A stretch of DNA of 64,000 nt from Bigelowiella natans CCMP2755 (lineage: Eukaryota; Protista; Cercozoa). The stretch lies in assembly GCA_000320545.1 (NCBI GenBank), contig ADNK01000313.1, positions 62,001 through 126,000 on the forward strand. The letters run 5' to 3'. A model generated the notes under the pieces. That model saw nothing but the letters and a program-made list of their open reading frames with translations. It ran no database searches and was not told the DNA's origin. The position numbers were made by a program, and so were the translations under genes. This document shows positions 24,976-37,213 of the stretch, piece by piece; the stretch's first letter is position 1; each line of letters begins with the position of its first letter.

Positions 24976-25329
24976 TTTCTACAAAAGCGATTTCGATTGT
25001 GCTCAAATTATGATTAGCCAGCATGACCAGAAGTGCAGCACTGTTTGAATAAAGACTAGCGATCTCCATATCCTGTCATCAAATGATAGGCTTTATCTCA
25101 CAATTTATTCCTGTAGGGCTTGCGGCCTACTTCTTCCAGGTCACAGGCGGCATGGAGTTCGGACTTTAAACTCACGGCATAATGCATGTTCAAGCGACAG
25201 ATTACGTTCAACAAGCACATATTTAGGCAGAAATCGAAACCCACATGTTCGTTATCGTCATATTTATTTCACTCGCCCCTTGCTGCTTGTGTTTTGCGTT
25301 CGCCTGTGCTGCCTCGCGGCTTAAGCGGT

Positions 25330-27560
25330 GTGGATGATGCTGCAAAAGCCGTGTCATTGGTGCACACAGGTGATGGATGAAAGGTCAATGCTGTGTGTTT
25401 CAAGCATGCAATCACATGTAGCTGGACATGTGCACATGCATCTCACCATGCCCGCGCTGTCTAGCCATGTCAGTGCATTGTTGTGTGTGCGCTTTCTCAA
25501 ACACAACGCACGAAAGCGCGCTGGCTACATGGCGTCGACTGGGGCTGTCACCGAATGCACAACGAGGACAATGTGGGCTGCAGTCGTGCAACAAGCCATG
25601 GCAAGCAGCAATGCCAACAGATTTCGACAGATTTTCGGCTCATGCAACTGAGATCGACGTGATGTCACCACGTTGCACGCAACTGCGAAGTGAACAGCAC
25701 AGGTGCGCACGACCATGCAGGTGTAGCAAACCAGTGTGCCACTTGGGACAGAGGCGCTGTGACGCACTTTCCAACACTATGTGTCTTTGGCAATTTGTCA
25801 ATTCGGCAAATTGCAACATGCAATTGCAGTGCTAGTCACCATGAGTCATGGAGGCTGCATTGTCGCACGCAAGCAAAATCCCCGATGTTGTCAACAATGT
25901 GTTCAAATTGTCTCTGCTGCCTAGCAACATGTCAACGACAATGTGACTTGTGTTCACAATGTCAATGACAATGCAACTTGCATTTGTGCGACGTGTGTTT
26001 CAAAATCAATTGGTTCATCAAAGCACATTTTTGCAGGTGCATGCTGATGATGTTGAACAGACAGTGTCAATGAGAATCTCATGTTGTCAACAGCTAACAA
26101 TGTGTCATGTTGTTGACAACACATGTTCAGAACACATGCTGCTGCAATGCAACTGTGCAACACAGTGTCGACAGTGTGTGTTTTGAACTCATGGTGCACT
26201 CACGAAAACGACAAAATGTCAAATTGTCATGATGTTGTCACGACGCACGCATGGACATTGATGTCCATGTGCGTGTGAGCCGTCTACGACATGTGTGTCA
26301 CCCACTTCACATGTGCCTGCAGCCACACGTGTGCCAAACAATGGCGCCCACGTGTGCATGCATGCATCCATGTGTGCCATGTGTTGCTTGTCGTAGCAAC
26401 AGCTGAACCACGTGTGAACTGCATGCATTGCAGCTGCACTTGGCAATTTTCGGCACGTGTGTAGTGGCTTGTTTGGTGCATGTGTGGATGCGAACAGAGC
26501 ATGTGTGCTTTTCAAGTGCATGTGGTGTGCATGGGCACGTGTGTTCTTTGCGCGCACACGCACATGGACATTGATGTCCATGCACGCGTCAGCGTGCCCA
26601 GGTCACGCAGAAGGTGCAGCAAAAACGCACAGTGTGACCACAACCATGCAGAGCAGTGATGAACGAGGTGTGTCCACACTTCCCAGCTCCAGAGCTTTGA
26701 AGCCAGCTTGCGTGTTGCACTCGTCAGCAAACTGCAACGGCTTGCTAGCTTGGGCACCACTGGACCACAAAGAGCACAAGTTCAAAAGGAAGGAAACAGG
26801 TTGTGAGTTCTGGCCCAGTGTTCTTCAACGTCGCACGTCCTGCTCGCAATTGCGCTTTCAGGTTCACTTCCTGTCACCATCGCAATCATCGCAACGTGAT
26901 GGACACCACGCATCACTGTGTCCATTGAGTGTGACAAGCAATGAGCAAACGTTGTGAACAAACGTGATGGCCAACGGTGGACCACAAACAAACAAACATG
27001 GTGACACGATGAAAAACTGCACTTCCAAAAACGTTGGTGAACCAGCAGGATTCGAGAAAGAAAGAAACTTGACGATGGACAAGAGCGTGCTGATTTGATT
27101 GGAACAAGAACAAGAACAAGAACAAGAACAATGATGATGAACTGCACTTCCAAACGATGAACAATGAACAATGAACACTGGTGATGAACCAATCTTCCAA
27201 AGTGTTGCAAGACGTTTGCAGTGTGCGAACTGCAGTGCCTCGAACGCACTGGCTCGTGTGAGGACTGACTGGAGAACCAGAAGGTTTTTTTTCAAATGGG
27301 CGTCTAGCCATCACGGAACAACACAACTGATGGCGATCACGGAACAGCACAACTAACAGCGATGTGGCGGCGGCGCAAAGCGTCCACTCTGAGCAGGAAC
27401 TTCCTGAAGGCTGCAATGAACAATGAACAATGATGGCAAACTGCATTTCCAAAACGCTACGGTGATCCACGAACCCACTTTTGATCACCAAACTGACTAA
27501 ATGTGTTGACAATGTTGTGCTGTTTGTGAGCCACATCTGACGACGAATGAAAACGTGTTC
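25330..27560. repeat. Strongly TpA-depleted degenerate repeat block with internal palindromes and imperfect tandem units
   Basis: Very few TpA, nearly all in CTA/TAG context. CATGGACATTGATGTCCATG occurs at 26250 and 26563. AACTGCA(C/T)TTCCAAA units occur at ~27016, ~27140 and ~27439. (ACAAGA)n at ~27104. Confidence 0.8.
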
Positions 27561-27698
27561 TTTGAAAAAAATGATGAGGACATATCTTGAATTATTTGTC
27601 TAAATACGTGATCCCAAACACTCTCAGACACGATCAATCCAAGAAGAAAGGGGGCTGGGAAGGGGAGGACAAGCACAGCGTCATCGTTGTCATCATCA

Positions 27699-28946
27699 AT
27701 GTCAATAGCCACCTGCCTACCTCTACTTGTCATCTCGCTTCTGCAGACCATCTCACACGCGAGAACGGACACGATGATGGCTTGCCAGGCTCCGGGGCAA
27801 TGTAGTGTCGACGAACCCGAAACAACCCATCTCTCACCACCTCAAGCCTCTCCATATGCAGATTATATCCTTAAACAGCCAAGAGAAAACGCACGAGAGA
27901 GGCCTATGTCAGCAAAGTTCGTGAATCTTCTCGATGAGCCAGTCCACCAGTACTGGGATGATGGGTCACAAGAGGGAAAGTTTCAGGGGGGCATTATGCC
28001 TGGGGAGACAACACACGGGACCTACAGCACTCATGTATTTTTCTTCAAGCGGAAATCAAGTGGAGAGGAAGTTGCTCGGTACGCGATGAATTATGACATC
28101 CCAATGTATATAATACATGGAAATGACCCAAAGATCCTAAACTCGGAAAAGTATGAGGCGTACCAAAAGGAACTCCAATTTCTCCTCAAGTATCGAAAAG
28201 AAAAGGGGCAGCCTTGGCTATCTATTTACCCGCGAGATCCACCAGTTCTGAAAATTTGGGAAGCAATTTCTGTAGGACAGCAGCACGCGGTCGAATCTAA
28301 TTGGGGCCATTGGGATGGCTCTACATTCAAAGATCACTTCGATGCTAAGTTGGTGGCATTGGCACAAAAACCAAAGGTATTTCTGATCGAGAATCTCATC
28401 TCAGAGGCTGAGTGTGAGCACATCATTGATCTAGCTCGAAGTCGTGTTGCGAAGTCGGTAATTGGAGTCTCCGCTGAGGCTTTCACAGATGAAACACGGA
28501 CGAGTAGAACAGGGTGGATTTACAGGCACGAATCACCCTATATGGAACGCATGTTTAAACGTTTTGCTGACGTTCTTGGCATGACCTCTGAGCAGCTACA
28601 GACAACCAGAAATGCGGAGCCTTTGCAGGTGGTACATTATGCCACGAACCAGCACTACTACAACCACTTCGACTTCTTTGCCACAGGCTCGAATAAGTAT
28701 CGCTTTTCCACTCTCCTTATGTACCTCAACAATGCTACGAGTCCTAAAGCTGGGGGTGGGACTGGATTCCCGAAGGCTTTCGGAGGTAAAGGGCTCAAGG
28801 TGCGACCACCACGTGGATCTGGACTTCTCTTCTATTCAATGCTTGAGGATGGCAACTGTGATGAATATTCTGAGCATACTGGTCTCCATGTGCTGGAAGG
28901 TGAGAAATGGGTAGCGAACTTATGGATATGGGACCCCAACCGATGA
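27699..28946 (+). CDS. Secretory prolyl 4-hydroxylase (2OG-Fe(II) oxygenase) with N-terminal VHL-beta-like domain; intronless
   Basis: Signal peptide MSIATCLPLLVISLLQTISHA, FVNLLDEPVHQYWDDG...TYSTHVF, and P4H motifs EAECEHII, RTS, EPLQVVHY, HFD, TLLMYLN, GGGTGFP, EHTG and GEKWVANLWI. Confidence 0.92.
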   Translation: MSIATCLPLLVISLLQTISHARTDTMMACQAPGQCSVDEPETTHLSPPQASPYADYILKQPRENARERPMSAKFVNLLDEPVHQYWDDGSQEGKFQGGIMPGETTHGTYSTHVFFFKRKSSGEEVARYAMNYDIPMYIIHGNDPKILNSEKYEAYQKELQFLLKYRKEKGQPWLSIYPRDPPVLKIWEAISVGQQHAVESNWGHWDGSTFKDHFDAKLVALAQKPKVFLIENLISEAECEHIIDLARSRVAKSVIGVSAEAFTDETRTSRTGWIYRHESPYMERMFKRFADVLGMTSEQLQTTRNAEPLQVVHYATNQHYYNHFDFFATGSNKYRFSTLLMYLNNATSPKAGGGTGFPKAFGGKGLKVRPPRGSGLLFYSMLEDGNCDEYSEHTGLHVLEGEKWVANLWIWDPNR

Positions 28947-29199
28947 TGAACACTGAAGAAATGAAGGCAGAATACGTCTCCATAAAATTGGAATCACATT
29001 TTTACTTGACATTATTGTTGTTACTTTTAAGTACACTGAAGGAAAACAAATGTACATGCTTGTTTGATGATGTCGGATGCTTGATAGGATGAGCAGAGTA
29101 GTAGCTAAAGAACAACTGCTATGAATTACTACAAATTCATCTCAGAAATGAAGTGAATGGTGCTTCCATGCTATCGTGTAGAAGATAATTAAACACAAC

Positions 29200-30110
29200 T
29201 CTAGAACTGTGTGATCGCCATTGATCCAGACATGCGACACATGCTGGTCGCCGCTCAACAATTGTAGCACACATTATGTCAAATGACACATCGACGCCAG
29301 CGTGCGCATGCGTGATGCATCATGCACTAGTATTGCATTTACAGTGCATCGTGCGCAACCATGCATGGGCAGTATTATGCGCATGGATCGACTAGCTAGA
29401 TTACTGCGTTTACACCACAAATTATGGATTATCCAAAATTTAGGATCCTGAATAGGAAGAAGCTAATAGGATTTTCGACGTGATGATTTTGGAACGGGAA
29501 ATTGCAAAAGCAGCACAATGAAGACTTGTCGCAGTGTGAGGGAGGAGCCAGAGCCTTGTTTATTCAGCAATTTGTGTGTCAGACAATCATCCGAGAAACA
29601 TCATGCAAGGACGTTTTTCTTCACATGCCACCTCGATGCGATTCTCAGCGATGCCGCAAATCGTTCAGAACTAGCTAGCTAGAGCAGGCATGCTCACAAC
29701 TGTGCTAGCATGTGTCTGTATGGGGCGGTGCCTTGCCTGATGTGCGTGCACAAAAGGATGGACGAATGTGCAAATGGACACTAGCTCGCGGTGTGCATGA
29801 TCAGGCGTGCACTATGCACGATCGAACATGCCTGACACTTGCCCCGCTAGCACGTCCACTACTGAGTCCAGAAGTCCATGCATGGAGCTTGCACACCTCT
29901 TGAACCTTGCACCTGGTCGTTTCCGTGCGCACACGTGCTTGAGCTAGCATGCACGCTGCGTGCACGTTTGAACATGGTTTGTGATCCCATCTTGCTGGCA
30001 TGCATCGCGCTTGCTTGCTGCTTGCGTTACGCTATTTTAAACAAATCACATACCTTGCTGCTGCCATGCTTGCTTGCTGTATGACGCAGGAGATGCATGT
30101 AATAAGCATG
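29200..30110. other. Partially TpA-depleted, TGCA/CATG-rich intergenic block
   Basis: TpA is scarce, especially in 29480-30020 where survivors are mostly CTAG. Lies between the converging P4H and STI1 ends. Confidence 0.65.
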
Positions 30111-30220
30111 ATTCTCATCATCTATATGAATAACTCACTCGTTCCATCTAGCATTCCTAACTAATCGGTGAATTTATGCCTGTCGTCTCGCGTAGAAAAT
30201 GCGGTGCCTCTATCTATCTT

Positions 30221-30798
30221 TTATCCTGTCCTGAGTATGCCAGCTGCCATGAGCATCTCAAGTTTCTCTGCGATTCCAGGGTCTGCAAGCGCTCTCTGCG
30301 TGGCTGAAGGATCGTCCTTCATTTGGCTGAGGACTTTCTGGATAATGGGGTCGCTCGTAATGGCTCGGATTTCGGGGTCCTTCTGAGCCTCCTCGATGCG
30401 TTTTTTGTCCACCTCTCCACTGTTGCCCATCTTTGTATTATTATTAATATTAATAATAATAAATAATAATAATAATTAATAATAATAATATTTGTAAGGA
30501 TGATGATGATGATTATCAGGATTAGGAGGAATAGGGTGATGATTGGGGTGATGATGCATACGCAGGAGAAGAACAAGGATAGTGGTTATTCTTCAACAAC
30601 ACAACCTGCACTGCATACATAACTTGACGCTTGAGATCTGAAAGTTCCTTCAGCTCCTTCTCACCGGGATTTTTCTTCAACCCTGTGTTGACAGCCTTTA
30701 GAGCCTTATGGTAGCGCTTTAAGAACATCTCAATTTTCGCCTGTTAGGAGGGAGAGGGCAAGAGAATGAATTCACTCCAGAGTTTATGTGCGCTTTTA

Positions 30799-30832
<34 letters not shown>

Positions 30833-32628
30833 ATCTCCCATTCTCTCTCGACTTCACCTTACGGATGTAGATCTTAACAAAGTCAGGAGCCATAGCCATG
30901 CACACTTCGCAATCGCTGACGGCATTGTTCCAGTCCATGATCTTGGAGTATGTGAATGCGCGGTTGCTGTAAGCCTTGTAGTTTTTGGGGTCTCGTTTGA
31001 GCGCCTCCGAGAACTCTTCTATTGCACCACGCCACTTCTTCTCGCCAAATAGCTGCCTCCCTTTCGCCATATGTTCCTGGGACTTCTCGGGATCGATGTA
31101 GTTCTTTTTCTTGACCTTCTCCATGTATTCCTTGGTCTGTCGGAGCAGTCGGTCCGCTAGTGCGGAGTAGTCTTCCATCAACGACTTTTGGTAGTAGTCG
31201 CACGCCTTCGCGTGATCACCCTTCTTGCTGTAGCACTTGCCGGTTTTGGTGAGGATCTTTGCCTTTTCTTTGTAGTCAGCATTGTGCGCGTCGGCAAGCT
31301 TGAACGCTTCCTCACATATCTTAGCGAATAAAACAGGGGAAGGGGGGGAGAGCATAAATTGCGGGGGAGGATGAGGAGGATGAGGAGGATGAGGAGGAGT
31401 ACGAGCGGGGATGATGAAGGAAGCAGAGGAAAGCAGCATGGAGGAGGCGATGACTGCTTCGACTCGATGTCTACGGCGAATTAGTTACACTCCCTACAGA
31501 ATCCTAACCCCACGCCCTTTCTCTTTCTCTACCCCTCATAACGATTACTTTACCTTGAGGGCTTGATCGAAGTCCTTCATCGTCATGTACACGGATGCCT
31601 TATTGCTCAAATATGTGCAATTTGTCGGATCGATTTCAAGAGCTTTCTCGTAGCAACCGAGCGCTTCCTCATATCTAATAAAACGAGGCAGTGTGAGGCA
31701 TTATTTATACAATGAGACGAGAGGCGGAGGAGCTACGATTGCAAGCGGATGGGGTGGGGGGGGGGCAATAAAGATGAATCAATCAGACTACTTTCGCTTT
31801 TTGTAGAACTCATTTCCTTTTTTCTTTTCCTCATCTGCCTGCTTCTTAATTTCTTGCGATTTCTTCTCATTTTCAGTGAGTTCTGGCTCTGGCTCTGGCT
31901 CTGGCTCTGGCTTGGCAGCAGGTTTGGGTTGTTCACTGGGAACCTCGGCCGACGAGGACGACGGGGCCGATCTGCAGATCTGCAAACAGAAGTTGTGGAT
32001 CAGAATTTATAGTATTTCTACAGCATCTCTACCGTTCTCCCCCCCCCCCCCCAATTCCTTTTCTCTGGTGAAAGCTAGTGTATCATACCCATCTTCTGGC
32101 GCTCCCTCCGGGCCACCAAAGTTCATCCCCCCCCCGAGCAGAACGTTGAGGCACTTGCTAATTTTTGGGTCTTTGAGTAGCGATGGGTCGGAGAAGGGAT
32201 TTGGACTGTTCTGTAGGCGTTGAAGCTTTTCTCGTGTCTCCGGCTCGTCAATGTAAGCCTTTGTCTCAGGATTCATTGCAAGTTTCGCCCACATGCCATC
32301 AAATATCTTTGCGAACATATTTTGCATATTTGCCATTGGATTTCCCATTGCTGGTTCTGACGGTTTTGAACAATAGCACAGCATCAGCGGTAGCAGCAGC
32401 TAACGGGAAAAACACCTCACGTCACACACAACGACTCATGGTTTTTAATATCTCTTTCATCGCCCCACAGGCCGCAAGACGGGTGTTACATGAGTTCAGA
32501 GTATCGATTCAATATCATCGCCGTCGATCAACCTTTTCTGCTCTCCACAACTCTCAGGCCTGCCTCGAGCTGTTTCTTCGTAGAAGCGTCAGGATTCTTT
32601 GAGAGACCTTGAGTGTATGTGCGTGCGT

Positions 32629-32687
<59 letters not shown>

Positions 32688-33243
32688 GGGGGGGGGGGGG
32701 GGGACTAGCGTTCGCTGCCGCGTGCCTGCAGAATGTGCTACGATGTATCATATACCGTCTGAGTACGCCTTATGGGCCTCGTCAAGGCTCGATTGCTCAA
32801 GAAGAGCATTACCCTTTCGTACGTAGCCCTTTGCCCAGTCAGGCTGTAGCTTAATGCAAGTTTCCGCATCCTCGATGGCCTGAGAAGGGGTGAGAATTGC
32901 TTTACTAAGGTGGGTTTTACCGATGCCACTTCCATGAAGTATATGAATTTGACCCTCCGTTAAACCTTATCCATAGCCTTCTCCCCACCCCCGAGACCAA
33001 ACTTCCATCTACCTTGGAATAATCCTTGCATTTCAGGTATGCAACCGAACGGTTCCTACCAATAAGAATTATTTGTACGTACAGATGACGTTTACATAGT
33101 TGACTTGTTTTCAACTCATTCAACTACCCGTATAGAGAGGTATTTTTCGAATCTAGTTCGATCGCCTTCGTGAACATTTTCACGGCCTCTTTGAAGTCCT
33201 TTTTCTTGAAGGCCAAACCACCAGCTTTCTTAAACGCTTCCAT
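30221..33243 (-). CDS. STI1: Hsp70-Hsp90 organising protein (TPR1-DP1-TPR2A-TPR2B-DP2), multi-exon
   Basis: MEAFKKAGGLAFKKKDFKEA, PDWAKGYVRKG, KLAMNPETKAY, ADEEKKKGNEFYKKR, YIDPEKSQEHMAKG...YSNRAFTY and DPEIRAITSDPIIQKVLSQMKDDP...LMAAGILRTG*. Confidence 0.95.
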
Positions 33244-34160
33244 TGTCTATCAAGTTTTAGCCGTCTGGACAATGAAAGAGAGACGATAAACAAGACGTCG
33301 TAGCAAAACGGAGGGGGATGATGAGTGAAACATATCGTGTAGTGAAGAAGAATCCATTGGAGGTGGAGAAAATCGAAAGAAGGGCGAGGAAAATAAGTAA
33401 AGAGCACGTTTTAAAATTTGTTGGAAAATGTGTTGACATATTCGTTGGAAACGTGTTGAGACGGAAACCTAGATCCGAGTCTTTACCATGTGAATCATGC
33501 CGCACAGGACTAGCAATGATTCGGTCAAAGGTCGGATCAATAACGTTCCATACCAATCACAACATAAAGCCCAATTTCTGCAAAAAAATTGCATAGATGC
33601 TTGCAGATCTGCGCGCATATTTTATCCTTTTGTGAGGCCCCTCCTGCCCAACCCCGTTGCGCTCTTAACGAAGAAGCAAACCTATCGGATTCTGTGAGTG
33701 CGCCTGCGCTAGACCTACGACAACGCATCGCGAATTCGCAGCTTGAGCCCATTAGCGGTCATTCCAATTTTGCGACATAGAATATTACAATTTTTATATC
33801 GAAAGTAAACGGCGTCCAGAGGTAGGATCTCCGCGGTGTTTCGCGCAGGCGGAAGTTGGCCAGTTTTTTTCGAGAAACATTTCTCTTTCGAGAAGATTTC
33901 GGGAATTTCCATGAATTACCAATTTCCTGATTTCCTGTCCTGATTTCCAGGATTTCCTTCGGACAGCCAGAAGCTATGTCAGGAGCCTTTAAGACTTCCA
34001 GCTTCAAGTCGTACTTATATAACGGATCAAAGATCCGTCTCCTGATTGTCTGTCGTCGTACGGAAATGCCATGCCATTGCAGCATCTTGTCGCTCGTGGA
34101 TATATTTTCCACAAATCAAAGTTGGAGAGGGGGAGCCAGCCCCTGCTTTGGTTGCCTAGC
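33244..34160. promoter_or_regulatory. Divergent promoter region between STI1 and the CDF transporter, with clustered TTCnnGAA motifs
   Basis: Head-to-head starts at 33243 (-) and 34161 (+). TTCGAGAA at 33869 and 33887, TTCGGGAA at 33898. Confidence 0.45.
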
Positions 34161-36094
34161 ATGTCAGAGGAAAGTAAAGACGTGCAGATGCAAAATCTTG
34201 GGCTCATTCAAGCTAGCCAAGATGCTAGCCAAGATGTGAAGGACGGTACAGGAGGAACTATGGAAGCGAAACGGCGCACCCCGGCTGAGAGCAAGAATGC
34301 ACCAACGCCTTCCAGTATCGAGTTCAAGTCGCAGGGGGGAGGTACCTGGGCTCTCGACTACGAGAAAATAAAATCTGTCCGTGTTGCCAACAAAAACATG
34401 AAAAACATAAAAAGCAAGAAGCTGCGAAACTTCTACAAGAACCAAAACACATTGATTGACAATATGATGAGCAACCTCCAATCTAGTTACCGAGACTTGG
34501 ACGACGCGACAAATAATGATGAAAAAAAGGGCATCATTGCATCATCACCTGACCCTGAAGCTTCCGAACAGTACCATCATACTGAAGAAACTAGTCAATT
34601 GGAGCAATTTGGGGTGACGGGGTCTCTCGTTCTTAATATCATTTTGTTCGTTTTGAAGCTCTTTGCTGCTGTGGCCACGGGATCTTTAACGATCATTGCT
34701 TCCGCAATTGACTCCGCTCTTGATCTGGCCTCGGGATATGTCCTTTATCTCGTGCATAAGCTCATCTCCAGCTCCGACCCGTACAAGTATCCTCAAGGTG
34801 TGTGAAATGAAAAAATCCACAACTGTATGCGCCTTATTGGTACGACGAACCGAGAGATGTCCAATCATGTGCAGCAGCAGCAGCATCACCGTTACTGAAG
34901 CAATTGATTATTTTTCAAGGAAGGAAACGTTTGGAGCCTGTAGGAATCGTGATATTCGCTTGCATCATGAGCCTTGCTGCAGTGCAGGTTGTAGTCTGTC
35001 AAGATTTAGCGATGATGGCATAAGAACAACAAAGAGGAGGATGATGACGCTCATGCAACGATGATATTTTTTGGGGTGGCACAAACACACCTACCGCTTC
35101 TGACGTATACAGGTTGTTCTCGAGGGATTTCGAGTAATAGTTGAGGGTTTTTTATCGGAGCCACCGGAGATCGAGATCGGGGCGTTTGGATTCAGCGTAT
35201 TGACCGTGACAATTGTGACCAAAGTTCTCATGTAGGTGGCCCGTTTCTCTGAATGGAAGAAGGGGGGGAGTGGGGGGAGTTTGGGAGATGATGTGAGATG
35301 AAAATGCATGATTAAATAGCTTAAATGGGGAGATATTCAATTCCACGAGGATGTTGTCTCTGCGATACGTACTTGTAAAGCCGCAAGGCAACCAGTTAAA
35401 AGCATTATCATGTCAGAATTTCCTGAAATATTCCTCTTCCATGTTGAACATATAATGCCAAACGCACAATCGAAGGAGGTAGGGGGATAGAGTGGAGGCA
35501 GTCTCTGTTTTTCTGTTGGTGGTGGTGATGCTGTACATACGCATATGACTTGGATCCACACCATCATCATCATCCATCATCATCATCATCGTCATCATCA
35601 TCATCATTATCATCTACAACAACTCCTTCGTCGTGATCGAACCATTTTCATGCTTATCATTTTCTTACTTACCACCATGCAGGTACTTGATATGCAAGTG
35701 GATTTCACAACAAGTGAATTCAGCTTCAGTAGAAACGTACGGTCAGGATCATCTCAATGATTCCCTGACCAATACGGTGGGGATTGTGGCGGTGATCTTT
35801 GCCACGTTGTTTCCGGTTGGTTCAATTTTCGCTTTCCCCCGCTTCTAGAGAAAATCGCGTGAATGATGGCCAGAGATTGTGAGAATATTCAATACGACAA
35901 CGCCGATTACTTGTGCTCTTCTGCGAAATTTGTTGGCCACGTCGAGGGGCAGAAGTGTGTCATTGCGACATCTGCTGCGTCCTCTGACCTATCGAAAGCA
36001 TAGATTGTAGTGTGATACCAACTTCGAGCTACAGAGCAAGACGTTTCTTTTTTTGAACAGTGATGCGTATGCGTGCGTTTGTATATTTGTGTAT

Positions 36095-36164
<70 letters not shown>

Positions 36165-36887
36165 GGGGGGTGGGGGGGGAAAGGGGATATTTATTAATTA
36201 ATTTTAAGTTTAGCATCCATACGCCGCTTCATCCTATTTTTCCAAAGCACAAAAAAAATACACGAAACAACGACCGATTATGGTGGTCACGTAGACATTG
36301 TGGTTCTTGGACGCTCTGGGGGGAATCCTCATCTCCCTATGGGTCATTTATTCATGGTCGGATGCGGTGAGTAAGCAAATACAACAGCAACTGCGCTATT
36401 TTCAGCTACACGTCCGAACACACGAGCGTACTGCCAACTGATCGCACTCACTCGATGTTGCACGTTCTTTCTCTCCTTCACCCTCCCCGCCCCTTCACCA
36501 TTGGTGATCCGAAATCCAACTACAACAAAAAGGCAAAGGAGCAAATCCAACATCTGACCGGCAAGACGGCCGACCCCCTCCTCTTACAGCATATAACACA
36601 CAGAGCGTTCTGCCACCACACCAGCATTGAGAAGGTGGACACTGTGCGGGCCTATCACTTCGGAGAAGGGTTCCTTGTGGAGGTAGTACTACTAGCGCAG
36701 ACATCGGAAGACAATCGATACAAATGGAAGAAGAAGGAAAAAAAGTCGGAGAGAGACTTAGCGCCACGCCTTCGAACATCGATGATGCGCTGAAACAGTG
36801 GAAGGGGGATTTAGTAGTCAGTCAGCGTCAGTCGGTGAGGATAATTGGTGGATGGCATGGATGAGTTGTAGGAAGCCGTCCGAAGAA

Positions 36888-36928
<41 letters not shown>

Positions 36929-37213
36929 ATTGTTACGTATTGAATTGTGCTGCTTGCACACACTACAGGTCGACATTGTCATGGATAAGAACACCCCTCT
37001 TCAGGTGATAGCAACACCAATACGAAAACAAAGACACATGCTTTCGTTGGTACGCCATTGAAGTTGCTACTGTACATATTTTGTGCCCCATATCTGATTT
37101 AGGAGTCCCACGACGTTGGCGAGGCGTTGCAGATCAAGCTGGAAGAGATGGAGGAGGTGGAACGTGCGTTCGTGCACATTGACTACGAATGGGATCACTC
37201 GCCTGAGCACTAG
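34161..37213 (+). CDS. Cation diffusion facilitator, Mn-CDF/MTP8-11-like metal tolerance protein, multi-exon
   Basis: [73 protein letters not shown] and [36 protein letters not shown]. Confidence 0.93.

Noticed and set aside
27000-27480. CRISPR-like repeat-spacer array
   Set aside because: Only three degenerate units with irregular spacing, no cas genes, and a eukaryotic context.
25328-27536. ORFs in the second TpA-free block as coding genes or a transposase
   Set aside because: No recognisable motif in any frame; explained by stop-codon depletion.
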